A stretch of DNA of 64,000 bases from a virus. The notes below the pieces were generated by a model. That model worked only from the letters and a program-made list of their open reading frames with translations. It was not told where the DNA came from and made no database searches. Location: IMG/VR virus record IMGVR_UViG_3300033145_001136, positions 38,948-102,947 of that record. One strand, 5' to 3'. Both the position numbers and the translations under genes were made by a program. Of this stretch, positions 40,237 to 49,032 are shown in pieces (the first letter of the stretch is position 1; every line of letters starts with the position of its first letter).

Positions 40237-40584
40237 TCAATTCCAAAGGTGAAAGTACCACTCGGCAAGCAGGTGGAGCCCCCTGTCAACCTCAACATAC
40301 TCGTCCTCTGTGAGTATATCGCCATCCCCTTCCATAATAGACAATTCAAAGGCTCTTATCATCTGTTCGATAATCTCTACCCATTTTTCTTGTGTAATGT
40401 CGAATGGATGACCACCAGTAAATTCTTTGAAGTGGCGCAGTCGCGGCAAAAGCCACTTTGCCTGCGCATAGAACAGGCACCATGTGTCGGCATAATCGAA
40501 TCCGTGTCGTAGTTGAAACATCTTTCGTCCGATCCATCGCCTAAATAATCTCGGCCAATGTTTGGCTTTATACCTAAGACTCAC
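40237..40584 (-). CDS. Hypothetical phage protein
   Basis: 115 aa, GTG overlaps the upstream stop; W...I..MI.AF...GL.L.AE.Y..LW pattern. Confidence 0.65.
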   Translation of the reverse strand: MSLRYKAKHWPRLFRRWIGRKMFQLRHGFDYADTWCLFYAQAKWLLPRLRHFKEFTGGHPFDITQEKWVEIIEQMIRAFELSIMEGDGDILTEDEYVEVDRGLHLLAEWYFHLWN

Positions 40585-40835
40585 TTCTCTCCTCCTCCCG
40601 GTGCGGCTGGCTGTTTGGGCTCCATAGTAAGCACGGTTGTATCACCGGAATTGCTGGTTTTGTTCGCTCCACCGATTATTGTTAATGCTCGGAAGAACGC
40701 ATCGCTGAGTCTATTCAGGTTACTCAATGCCTCATGTTGGGTGGCTCCTTCAGCGATACAGCCTGGGTACTCCTGGTAGTAAGCAGCATATTCTTCGGCT
40801 TCGGAGCCAACAATAATAATAGTTAAATTGTACAT
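40581..40835 (-). CDS. HicB-like antitoxin domain protein
   Basis: YAAYYQEYPGCIAEGATQHEALSNL matches the HicB N-terminal fold; start MYNLT with GAGGAG RBS. Confidence 0.7.
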   Translation of the reverse strand: MYNLTIIIVGSEAEEYAAYYQEYPGCIAEGATQHEALSNLNRLSDAFFRALTIIGGANKTSNSGDTTVLTMEPKQPAAPGGGEK

Positions 40836-40836
40836 C

Positions 40837-41208
40837 CTACTCTCCTCCTCTGTTCTCGGTGACTGGCTCATGGCTGGCGTACCATTCGGCCTTACCTTCT
40901 CGCTCAAGTTCCTCCATAATAGACCACGTGGGGTCTTCATGGCCATACCCAACCTCCATACGCTCCTCTTCTTTAAGACCATCAAGAGGTAATTCTTCCT
41001 GATCAGGTCTCTTCTCCAATACCTGAATACGATCTGCCCTGATCTCTATCTGTGTACGCTTCTCGCCCGTCTCTGTCTCCCATTCACTGCTGACCAGCCT
41101 GCCCATTACAAATACAAGTGAGCCTTTAGCAGTGCTTTCATACACTCTCTCAGCTAAACCTTCCCATGCAACTACATCGATAAAGCACGTCTCTGTCTTC
41201 CAGTCATC
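40837..41208 (-). pseudogene. ssb: 5'-truncated bacterial-type single-stranded DNA-binding protein
   Basis: ETCFIDVVAWEGLAE...KGSLVFVMGRL...W....GEKR...EIRADRIQVL is the C-terminal two thirds of an SSB OB fold; the N-terminal strands are absent and the frame begins right after the upstream TGA. Confidence 0.7.
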
Positions 41209-41742
41209 TCATTCTCCACTCGTGAGTCTGTAAATGATCTCCATTTTCTCATCTGGTTGTAACCCAGCAACTTTTATAGCGTCTATCATCTTGGCGGTAT
41301 CAACAGTCTCACTATTACCAGTGTATAAAAATTTGGCTTTATCCGCCCTATCTTTCATTAGTTTAATTACCGCCTTTTTAGTGATCATAACATCGCCTTC
41401 ATATTTTTCTATGCCGGTCTCCATAGCGGATATCAAATACTCAAATGCGTCTTTCCATGAGCTAGATGTATTTTTCTTTGTTGTAAGATACAATGCCCGT
41501 CCATCTTCTGCTTCTAATACGATAGATGTACCAAGTAATTTCAAAAGCGTAGTCGCCTGCTCGTTACGTAATTTTTCTTCTGTTTTTGCTTTTTCATTGG
41601 CCTGGATTCTAGCATCATTGTGCTTAAACCAATCGCCTACACGCGCTAACACAAACTCATGATCGCTATCCCTAAGCATTTCTTCACTATCAAGTAATTC
41701 TTGCTCATCATCTGGAAACAGCATCTCTGCTTTATATTTCAT
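41209..41742 (-). CDS. Hypothetical protein
   Basis: 177 aa, ATGA overlap, GAGG RBS. Confidence 0.7.
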   Translation of the reverse strand: MKYKAEMLFPDDEQELLDSEEMLRDSDHEFVLARVGDWFKHNDARIQANEKAKTEEKLRNEQATTLLKLLGTSIVLEAEDGRALYLTTKKNTSSSWKDAFEYLISAMETGIEKYEGDVMITKKAVIKLMKDRADKAKFLYTGNSETVDTAKMIDAIKVAGLQPDEKMEIIYRLTSGE

Positions 41743-41975
41743 TCCTCGTCTTCTCTCTTGTCTTTGATTAATATTCGATTATAAACCCTACGATGTTCCG
41801 CCTGACACGCTCTACATCTGCTAATCTTTGATTGATCTTGAACCCGAATTCGTCTATATGGCACATGTCCATGCGCAAACTGTATTTCACCTTCTTCATC
41901 TAGATACCCAAAACAAGAAATATCTATCGTTATCACCATAGTATATCTATCATAATCCTCTATCATATTTATCAT
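41739..41975 (-). CDS. Zinc-finger paralogue family member
   Basis: ISCFGYLDEEGEIQFAHGH...RCRACQ. Confidence 0.7.
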   Translation of the reverse strand: MINMIEDYDRYTMVITIDISCFGYLDEEGEIQFAHGHVPYRRIRVQDQSKISRCRACQAEHRRVYNRILIKDKREDEE

Positions 41976-42313
41976 AATGACATACAGGCTAATAGAATAC
42001 CCGCCTCCATTAGCAATATGCATTTAGTAATTATCGGGTGATCTATTGGAAAGTAGAATATTTCAAGCAATGATCCAACTATGAGTGATTTCCGTAATTT
42101 CACATCTTCGCGTACATCTATAATAATATTCTTGAGATTACTGGCATACTCGGCATCTGCACTCTGCATTGCTGCTTCATATGCCACTTCGCAAATTAAT
42201 TCCAAGTCTTCTTTATTTACTACAGCCCTACGTTCCGGACGACTAATGACCCCTTCTCTTCCATCTGTATTATACATGTTGTTATCCTTTATGGAAGTGT
42301 GCCAAGTAGCCAT
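41972..42313 (-). CDS. Hypothetical protein
   Basis: 113 aa, packed in the operon. Confidence 0.55.
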   Translation of the reverse strand: MATWHTSIKDNNMYNTDGREGVISRPERRAVVNKEDLELICEVAYEAAMQSADAEYASNLKNIIIDVREDVKLRKSLIVGSLLEIFYFPIDHPIITKCILLMEAGILLACMSL

Positions 42314-42483
42314 TTCTCAATTACCAATTCCCGTTCGACACTCTGTAAACTACGGCCAATTAGCGCTTCCACTAAATCGGCTAATTGTGGATGTGGTCCA
42401 TCTGGTGTTGTCTCTAATGTGACAGCCTTTATAAATTGGACTGCCTCATCAATGTTTGTCGGTTTTCGCATTAGGCCTGGCAT
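42289..42483 (-). CDS. Hypothetical protein
   Basis: 64 aa, GAGGAGG RBS. Confidence 0.55.
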   Translation of the reverse strand: MPGLMRKPTNIDEAVQFIKAVTLETTPDGPHPQLADLVEALIGRSLQSVERELVIEKWLLGTLP

Positions 42484-42806
42484 ATGATATCTACCTCCTC
42501 ATCCGTTACGTGAAGCGCAATATCCATTTCGTGTACAAACATTTCCATATCGTCTTGCTCAATACGATCCAATTTACTACCGCCAACAAATGGGTCTATC
42601 AATACTCGCATACCCTTCTTTATTTCTGGGTCCAACACCCCAACTCCAACTGCCAGAACTCTTGCAGTCCATCGTCTATGAAAGGCTATTGCTGAATCTG
42701 GGGCTATAAGCCCATGTGGTAGTGGTGGAGCTTTTTCCCTCCGAACAACCACTCTGCGACCCAATGGTTTGGCTCTTTCAAAATCTACTGGCTCAAGCTC
42801 CGCCAT
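42471..42806 (-). CDS. groES: GroES/Cpn10-like co-chaperonin
   Basis: KPLGRRVVV, GLIAPDSA mobile loop, VLAVG.G, IKKG.RVL, HE.DI. Confidence 0.75.
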   Translation of the reverse strand: MAELEPVDFERAKPLGRRVVVRREKAPPLPHGLIAPDSAIAFHRRWTARVLAVGVGVLDPEIKKGMRVLIDPFVGGSKLDRIEQDDMEMFVHEMDIALHVTDEEVDIICQA

Positions 42807-43116
42807 ATTGATCCTCCGTCTTTGGTATTGCGTTTACCTTCTCCTCCAAATATATCCCCAGCTTTGCAAACTCTTTTCCTGCATTATGTATTATTGGTGC
42901 TTGATTGTTCTCCTCTGAAAGCATACCCGTTAACCACTCAAGTTGGTCAGAAATTGCTTTATTTATGTTGTCCAATCCATTTGTAAGGTCTGTGTCGATT
43001 ACTTCAATTTCCGCAAGCCTATTTTGAATGAGGATCAGTGTACCAAGACTATAACGTATCCATGTCGAAACAACTCGTTCCATGTCTTCAATTGAAAACA
43101 CATTTAAGTCTGACAT
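42793..43116 (-). CDS. Hypothetical protein
   Basis: Start MSDLNV at 43116 after GGAGGTGG. Confidence 0.6.
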   Translation of the reverse strand: MSDLNVFSIEDMERVVSTWIRYSLGTLILIQNRLAEIEVIDTDLTNGLDNINKAISDQLEWLTGMLSEENNQAPIIHNAGKEFAKLGIYLEEKVNAIPKTEDQYGGA

Positions 43117-43134
43117 CGCCCACCTCCAACATGA

Positions 43135-43186
43135 TTGTGGGCATAGTGTGCCATTACTGTTTAGATATGGCACACTATGCCCACAA
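43135..43186. repeat. Perfect 20 bp inverted repeat (hairpin or operator)
   Basis: TTGTGGGCATAGTGTGCCAT-12 nt-ATGGCACACTATGCCCACAA in an intergenic gap. Confidence 0.85.
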
Positions 43187-43215
43187 ATGCGATCAAGCGT
43201 ATGTATATTAACCTA

Positions 43216-43584
43216 CTACTTGGTACCCATTTTAGCCAACTCAGCTTTCGATGTTTTAACAACGGCTTCGAGATTGCTCTTCTGCTCTTTCGTGAGATCG
43301 TCTCCCATATCCTTGAGAGTCTTTTCAGCGTTCGTTGTCTGCTCTTTGAGACGCTTAACAGTCTGTGCCTTGCGCCTATTGGCACCCCTACTACGATGCT
43401 GTATTTTCGCATGCATTTTCTGACATGCTTCACATCGCGTAACAGATGGGTTAGGCACGGCAAGAAGCCTAATATCCTCATGGCCCTCAGCAAATTGCTT
43501 TTTACCATTTTCATCGATGTATCCTTCACACCTAATCGGGATGGTGCCCGTTTTTGTGATTTTGGTTGCTGTTGATTCCGCCAC
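43216..43584 (-). CDS. Zinc-finger paralogue family member with C-terminal coiled coil
   Basis: IPIRCEGYIDENG..QFAEGH...RCEACQ; GGAGG RBS. Confidence 0.75.
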   Translation of the reverse strand: MAESTATKITKTGTIPIRCEGYIDENGKKQFAEGHEDIRLLAVPNPSVTRCEACQKMHAKIQHRSRGANRRKAQTVKRLKEQTTNAEKTLKDMGDDLTKEQKSNLEAVVKTSKAELAKMGTK

Positions 43585-43703
43585 TGGTAATAACCTCCGT
43601 GGTAAAGTATTGTGTCTATGAACAACGGCACGAGTGCCGCCCTATCTACTTCTAGTATTGGCTGATGTGAATATGCCGTAAAAAGAATTGGTGTTCGTTC
43701 TAT

Positions 43704-44060
43704 CTAAAATGGTGACATCTTGATGATTTTTGGCTGTATTCCTAGTTTAATTCGCTTTATTGCTTCATCAAACTCTGTCTTAGGTATGTTTTCTTTATGT
43801 TCCATTATTAATGCACTTGCGCGGTCTTGTGCCTCACGAGTCAACAGAAATCGCACCAGAGGGAATTGTTTAAGTGCATCGCGCTTTTTCTTACAATATT
43901 CTTTATGACATTTCGAACACACATGCCTTGCTCGATCTATAGATTGTCTGGGGACCATTAATCTACCCATACAATCTTCGGCATATGTTACATTATTTGT
44001 AATTGGGTCAATGTAGCCATCACACCTAACTTCTAATTTGGCTTCGACCTCTTCATACAC
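43704..44060 (-). CDS. Zinc-finger paralogue family member
   Basis: VRCDGYID...TYAEDC...VCSKCH; AGGAGG RBS. Confidence 0.7.
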   Translation of the reverse strand: MYEEVEAKLEVRCDGYIDPITNNVTYAEDCMGRLMVPRQSIDRARHVCSKCHKEYCKKKRDALKQFPLVRFLLTREAQDRASALIMEHKENIPKTEFDEAIKRIKLGIQPKIIKMSPF

Positions 44061-44072
44061 CTTGCTCCTCCT

Positions 44073-45122
44073 TTATGTGACAACTACCCTATCCAATGCT
44101 CGCGTAACTTCTGCCATTCTGTCCTGTAATGCTAATTCATCTGTGTATTGTTTAATCTTATCTCGCAAAATACGTAACCTAATACTTACATTGTTTTCTG
44201 ACGTATTCCAGTACTCCGCAATCTTCGCTATTTTGTTTTGACATTGATCGTATTGTATTGCCCCTTGACACAACATTCCGCATTGTTCACACATATTCTT
44301 ATCTTCACCCAACAAGAGATTTAATAGCCCTTCGTCCCTTGTTCCTTTCTTTAGTTTCTCTTGTCTAAATTTCTTTATTAAAAGTTCTGCAGATATTGGG
44401 TCCAATATCATGTCTGATATTTCTGTGCGCATAACTTCTACAATATGTGTTAAATCTGTAACGAGCCCTCCGTCCTCAGTCCTAGTTACAGTATCATTAA
44501 CTGAAAATTCTGATAATTCATCCATCCCCGCTGTTATTAATCTTGGATATGTCTCAACATCTATACCGCCACAATTTGGACACATCCATACGGTATTACC
44601 AGTTAGCTCATCATCCGCTGGAGTTTTTAAGTATGATTTAGTTGACAATGATTCGGGAAACGGTGTATCATTAATAACCGTTTTTCTCTGCTGTAACAAT
44701 TTAGATCGCACATTAAGCCCACATCTATAATCACAGGTGTGGCAGTGTTGCATTATTTCTTTGGCAAACCTTTTGCGCCTTTGTTCCATTATATGCCATG
44801 TCCCCGCTTTAATAATAATAAATCGGAGTGGCATTGGCGTTGGTTTGATTTTAGAAAGGTGTTTAGCAACGCCTTCCCAAAACCATGCTTCAATTTCTGT
44901 ATCTTGAATAACCGATCCCCACCTAAAATTCATCCGTTTCCATCTACGAATACAGGGATCTATATATTCGCGCATTACCCTATCATCAAACAACAATTCA
45001 ACAAAATCGTTCTCGCATCGCTGTCTTTTACCTTCATTATTCCGATAGGCAGATGCACTTCGTAACAATTCTGTACCTTGCCTATTGAGTCTGTAGAACC
45101 ATTCTGCATGGTTACGCGGCAT
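44073..45122 (-). CDS. Sigma70/ECF-like factor with zinc-binding insertions
   Basis: Region-2-like segment (DTEIEAWFWEGV...FII...HIMEQRRK), C-terminal HTH IAKIAEYWNTSENNVSIRLRILRDKIK; inserted CHTC/CPNC and CEQC..C..C. Confidence 0.5.
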   Translation of the reverse strand: MPRNHAEWFYRLNRQGTELLRSASAYRNNEGKRQRCENDFVELLFDDRVMREYIDPCIRRWKRMNFRWGSVIQDTEIEAWFWEGVAKHLSKIKPTPMPLRFIIIKAGTWHIMEQRRKRFAKEIMQHCHTCDYRCGLNVRSKLLQQRKTVINDTPFPESLSTKSYLKTPADDELTGNTVWMCPNCGGIDVETYPRLITAGMDELSEFSVNDTVTRTEDGGLVTDLTHIVEVMRTEISDMILDPISAELLIKKFRQEKLKKGTRDEGLLNLLLGEDKNMCEQCGMLCQGAIQYDQCQNKIAKIAEYWNTSENNVSIRLRILRDKIKQYTDELALQDRMAEVTRALDRVVVT

Positions 45123-45143
45123 TTAAATTCCTCCAAAATCAGC

Positions 45144-45455
45144 CTAAAAATCCGCCATGAATGTTGTAATTGTTCTTTTGTCTGTGCCCATAGCATATGG
45201 AGATAATTCTTCACACCTTTTTAATAGTTTTTGAATTTCTGGTGATTTATTTAAAGATGAATCCGCAACTCGTCGTTGTTGTCTGAGTCTGCGATATAAT
45301 TTTTGGCAGGCTTCACATCGTATAATTTGTGTTTTATTAAAGGGTTTAACCAACCGAATTGGAATATGCCCCTGCGCATATTTAATCGACCCATCTTCTA
45401 ATTCCACCCCACTACACCTAATTGGTATTGTGTTCTCCATTAATCGCCCCCTCAC
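45144..45455 (-). CDS. Zinc-finger paralogue family member
   Basis: IPIRCSG...GSIKYAQGH...RCEACQ; start probably MENTIP. Confidence 0.7.
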   Translation of the reverse strand: MRGRLMENTIPIRCSGVELEDGSIKYAQGHIPIRLVKPFNKTQIIRCEACQKLYRRLRQQRRVADSSLNKSPEIQKLLKRCEELSPYAMGTDKRTITTFMADF

Positions 45456-45831
45456 TATTTAATTTTATGCAGTCTTGCACATTTTTTGTATCCATGTCAC
45501 AAATATTAAATTCTATGTCCACCCATATACCATCCTGTAAAACCTTGGTTGTAATTCTGCCATCTTCGCGAAGTTTGAATGAACCAGCGGGCTTAAGTGG
45601 ACGAAGGAAATCAGCAATGCGGATAATAGATGGGTCTAATACCTCTTCATTAGTCTTGCGAACGATAACACCTTTAGCGGTGTATTTGTATCTAACAGCA
45701 TGTTGCATGAGCTGTCTCCTATGAAGAATCGCACCCGACAGCACATCGAGTAAATATATGTGGATATTGTCCCAATGCACCCCTGTAAAAAATGTGCCAG
45801 AACACCTTTTAGCAATGCTGAATCGGTTCAC
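45418..45831 (-). CDS. Hypothetical protein
   Basis: 137 aa, GTGA overlap. Confidence 0.55.
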   Translation of the reverse strand: MNRFSIAKRCSGTFFTGVHWDNIHIYLLDVLSGAILHRRQLMQHAVRYKYTAKGVIVRKTNEEVLDPSIIRIADFLRPLKPAGSFKLREDGRITTKVLQDGIWVDIEFNICDMDTKNVQDCIKLNSEGAINGEHNTN

Positions 45832-46424
45832 TGGCTAAACCTCGCTATCGCAGCAACACGGCTATAATACCCATTGGTTGGATCATTGCCACGTCGTATG
45901 GCTAAATCAACAGAGCCTGGTCCCCTATTGTAGGCTGTGGCCGCAAGCCTGTAGTCTCCATTGTATCGATCTAATAGCATACGAAAATAATTGCACCCTA
46001 TCATAATATTTGTATCTATTTCCCACAATTCTCCCTCTGTGATGTCTGATATAATGTCTTGAGCCGCTATTAATTTAACTTGCATTATACCAACTTCTTT
46101 ATTCCTTCCTTGCTTCCATTGATAAAAATTTGATTCATGTTTGCCCAATGCTAACATGAAGTCTAGATCAAGATTAAATGCTCGTGACCACCGCGAAATT
46201 GATTCATAAGCTTGGCCTGGGGCATTAAATTTAATCGACTTATTAACAATTTGTAATAGCGATGAAATTGTTAATATTTGTTCTGTAACCAAAATTTGTT
46301 GTTCGTTAATTATATTCTGTAATTGGTGATTAATTTTCTGGGTGTGATTTAATATTAGCGATAAGCCTAGTATCAATACCACATTCCCTATTAATAATAT
46401 ACGTTTATATTTATATTTCTTCAT
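45828..46424 (-). CDS. Lytic transglycosylase (SLT domain) with N-terminal membrane anchor
   Basis: HESNF, GIMQV, NI..G..Y, AYNRG; start MKKYKYKRILLIGNVVLILGLSLIL. Confidence 0.88.
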   Translation of the reverse strand: MKKYKYKRILLIGNVVLILGLSLILNHTQKINHQLQNIINEQQILVTEQILTISSLLQIVNKSIKFNAPGQAYESISRWSRAFNLDLDFMLALGKHESNFYQWKQGRNKEVGIMQVKLIAAQDIISDITEGELWEIDTNIMIGCNYFRMLLDRYNGDYRLAATAYNRGPGSVDLAIRRGNDPTNGYYSRVAAIARFSQ

Positions 46425-47214
46425 TCTCCACCTCCTCTGTACCTGCAAGGGCTGAGATATAATCCCCGACCGCATTACTGAGTTTCTGTTCCTGCTTCTC
46501 TGCGTGGTAGTCGTGTGTCTCTGCCGCATGTTCACGCTTCCAGACATCCCACTCGATCGCCGTCTCTACCACTCTCTCCGTGTTGGCGCATCTGGCCTGG
46601 AGTTTCTTAGAGTGGGCCGCTTCCAATGTCAGCATTTCATCTAATTCCTCCACCTGCTCACCGAGTGCGGTGATCTTGGAGAGGAGATCGCCAATAGCAA
46701 CATCTGACGGTCCGAGATAATTACTACTATTTCCATTCTTTGCCCCCTCTTCAGCGATTCTAACGTCACTCTCATAACGCTTCCGTATCTCCTCCACTCG
46801 GTCAGGCTCCTCAGGGGCGGGATAATGCCTTTCGTTGACTATCTTGGTGTGTTGCTCTGCCGCCTCAAGTTCACCCTCAAGCCTCTGAATCTTTGTCTCG
46901 TGGTGCAGAAACCAGTCAAGACAATCAGAGGCGTCATCTTCGGTCAGGCGGTTGCGACCATCGTTCAGGATATCCGTCATTTTCTGGCGCCATTCCATCC
47001 GCTCCTCCACTCTAGATGGCTCCACGGCAGGGGCATCTGGGATGACAGGTCTGCCTGTTACTGATTCACTGAAGCAATCAATACAGTAGTCCATCAGTCG
47101 CTGGTGGTCGTAGTCGAGAGTCCGGTCATGCTTCAGGCATCGCCCGTCTCTCCATTTCGGTACTTGCTCTCCCTCAGGACTATCGGGAGCAGGGGCGGGG
47201 GATTTATTGGTCAT
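46411..47214 (-). CDS. Hypothetical mosaic protein
   Basis: Carries PAPAPDSP, APAVEPSRVEE, APEEPDRVEEIR, LGEQVE and QARCA segments. Confidence 0.7.
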   Translation of the reverse strand: MTNKSPAPAPDSPEGEQVPKWRDGRCLKHDRTLDYDHQRLMDYCIDCFSESVTGRPVIPDAPAVEPSRVEERMEWRQKMTDILNDGRNRLTEDDASDCLDWFLHHETKIQRLEGELEAAEQHTKIVNERHYPAPEEPDRVEEIRKRYESDVRIAEEGAKNGNSSNYLGPSDVAIGDLLSKITALGEQVEELDEMLTLEAAHSKKLQARCANTERVVETAIEWDVWKREHAAETHDYHAEKQEQKLSNAVGDYISALAGTEEVENEEI

Positions 47215-47812
47215 CAGTTTGCTCTTTTCGTGGTGCATCAAGTATCAAGGTTCGTGCGTCCCGTAGGTGTCGGGTGATGTCTTTAATTCTGGTATTTGCG
47301 AGATATCGAGTATCACTCTCGATCACCTTGATTGCTCTGGGTATCTTCCGTATCTCATCGGCCAGCCCTTGAATCAAATGCTTCCGATCTTTGGCCTTGT
47401 CTTCGATTACTCGGTCAGGCTCCACAGTAGGGGCGTGGGCTTCACAGCAGTGCTCACAGTAATATTCCGGTGTCTCACCGCTTCGTTCAAGGTCCAAGTA
47501 GACGATACCGCCGCACTTTGAGCAATTTCCTACTGGCTCCTGTTCAACCGGTGGTGGAGGGGCTAATAAGTAATATGCACACTCACCATTATTGTCTGTG
47601 TGCTTCCCCTTTGAGCATATAAGATCTAAATGGCAACATGTTTTACACTTCTCTCCTCCTTCCGGTGTGGCTATTGGCCTTACGTCTTTCCACCAATCAA
47701 TTTCTGATGCACTCCCGAAACAGCAGACTCCGCATAGTCCGGTATCGCTGACGGTTGGAGTCTGTTCACAAACCTGACATGACACTTTCCAGTTTACGTA
47801 GATATCTGCCAT
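47204..47812 (-). CDS. Hypothetical cysteine-rich mosaic protein
   Basis: Three Cys clusters separated by PEGGEK, APPPPVEQEP and APTVEPDRV linkers. Confidence 0.65.
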   Translation of the reverse strand: MADIYVNWKVSCQVCEQTPTVSDTGLCGVCCFGSASEIDWWKDVRPIATPEGGEKCKTCCHLDLICSKGKHTDNNGECAYYLLAPPPPVEQEPVGNCSKCGGIVYLDLERSGETPEYYCEHCCEAHAPTVEPDRVIEDKAKDRKHLIQGLADEIRKIPRAIKVIESDTRYLANTRIKDITRHLRDARTLILDAPRKEQTDDQ

Positions 47813-47813
47813 C

Positions 47814-48017
47814 TCATTCCCATTCCGGTGCTGGAGTAGTGGGTGGGCCAATTGAATATCTGTCGCTCTTTGCAATCTCTATCATTCGGTGAGCCTTTGC
47901 TCCTTTTGTGTGTGCCGATGTAATCCACAGCAAGTCCTTATTTCTCATTCCATCCACAGCCTTGAGCGCAAGTTCGACGCGCCGTAAAACTTCCTCGGTT
48001 TTTAATGGCTGAGCCAT
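47814..48017 (-). CDS. Hypothetical protein
   Basis: 67 aa, AGGAGG RBS. Confidence 0.55.
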   Translation of the reverse strand: MAQPLKTEEVLRRVELALKAVDGMRNKDLLWITSAHTKGAKAHRMIEIAKSDRYSIGPPTTPAPEWE

Positions 48018-48018
48018 C

Positions 48019-48393
48019 CTACTCCTCCTTGCGTAGAGCGGTGCGGGCGATAGTCTTGGCCTCTTCGAGATATTTCCGATAGTAGAGTGGTCTTATTTTA
48101 AGTATCTTTCGCAGCGCATCGGCGTAGCAGTCACGCTCAATCTTGAGTCTATCGTGATACTTCGCAAATATTCGAAGTCTATCAGCAATGTTCAGGTTTG
48201 CTTTCTTTATTTTATCACGCTCAGTGGTTAGGTCGAGAAAGGCGCACATGGCAACCTCATCGGCTACTTCAATTTCATTCCCATTGAGGTCGTATGTCAT
48301 CCATTCATCACTATCATTTTTCCAGTACGGCCAATTAGATATAAATAGCTGCCCCTTGCGATGTCTCCCCTGCTTCGCTTGCTGATCAGTCAT
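48019..48393 (-). CDS. Hypothetical protein
   Basis: 124 aa, ends ...IARTAL as in many phage accessory genes. Confidence 0.6.
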   Translation of the reverse strand: MTDQQAKQGRHRKGQLFISNWPYWKNDSDEWMTYDLNGNEIEVADEVAMCAFLDLTTERDKIKKANLNIADRLRIFAKYHDRLKIERDCYADALRKILKIRPLYYRKYLEEAKTIARTALRKEE

Positions 48394-48580
48394 TATTATT
48401 ATTCCTACTCATTAGTTTTGCGTGCCGATCTCTGCGACGAGCCTGCATCTTTTCAATGCGTCGCCTATTTCTGGCTTTCTTTTTCTGTTTGTTTGAAACC
48501 CATCGCATTTCAGCCGTGTATCTTTGATTACATGGCTTCCGCTTGTTTCTACCGTGTTTCGCATTTCCATCCTTACCCAT
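48386..48580 (-). CDS. Small highly basic protein
   Basis: 64 aa Lys/Arg-rich, overlapping junctions. Confidence 0.55.
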   Translation of the reverse strand: MGKDGNAKHGRNKRKPCNQRYTAEMRWVSNKQKKKARNRRRIEKMQARRRDRHAKLMSRNNNND

Positions 48581-48864
48581 TATTCGCCACCTTTGTTATT
48601 TGTTGTTTTATCTAATTCACTTATAATTATTTTTGCTCTCTCTTCTAATTCAGTTATTAATGACTCGCCTGTAAGCCATGTGGTTAATCTAAACCCGACC
48701 CCAAGTATTATAAATACGAATTCCCATTCTCCTCTTCGATGATACTTTGTGTATTCAAACCCAATGTGACAAAAATCAAAATTCAACCAATTATAACGAC
48801 TAATTAGTGGCCACTCCATCCATTGGAAATACCAATCAATAGCCAATCGTCTCTCACGTCGCAT
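48580..48864 (-). CDS. Hypothetical protein
   Basis: 94 aa aromatic-rich. Confidence 0.55.
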   Translation of the reverse strand: MRRERRLAIDWYFQWMEWPLISRYNWLNFDFCHIGFEYTKYHRRGEWEFVFIILGVGFRLTTWLTGESLITELEERAKIIISELDKTTNNKGGE

Positions 48865-49032
48865 TCTTTTTACCCTTCTTTTTCACTCTCTACCTCCGCT
48901 GTTCCCGGTGACTTTCCCCGTATTTATGTTTAGCTGCACATCCCCATTTCATTACGTTCGATGACAATGGATCATCAAATTTTACTGAAATCGTCAACCG
49001 CAACAGCCAAATAGCCCCAACGATCTCCATTA

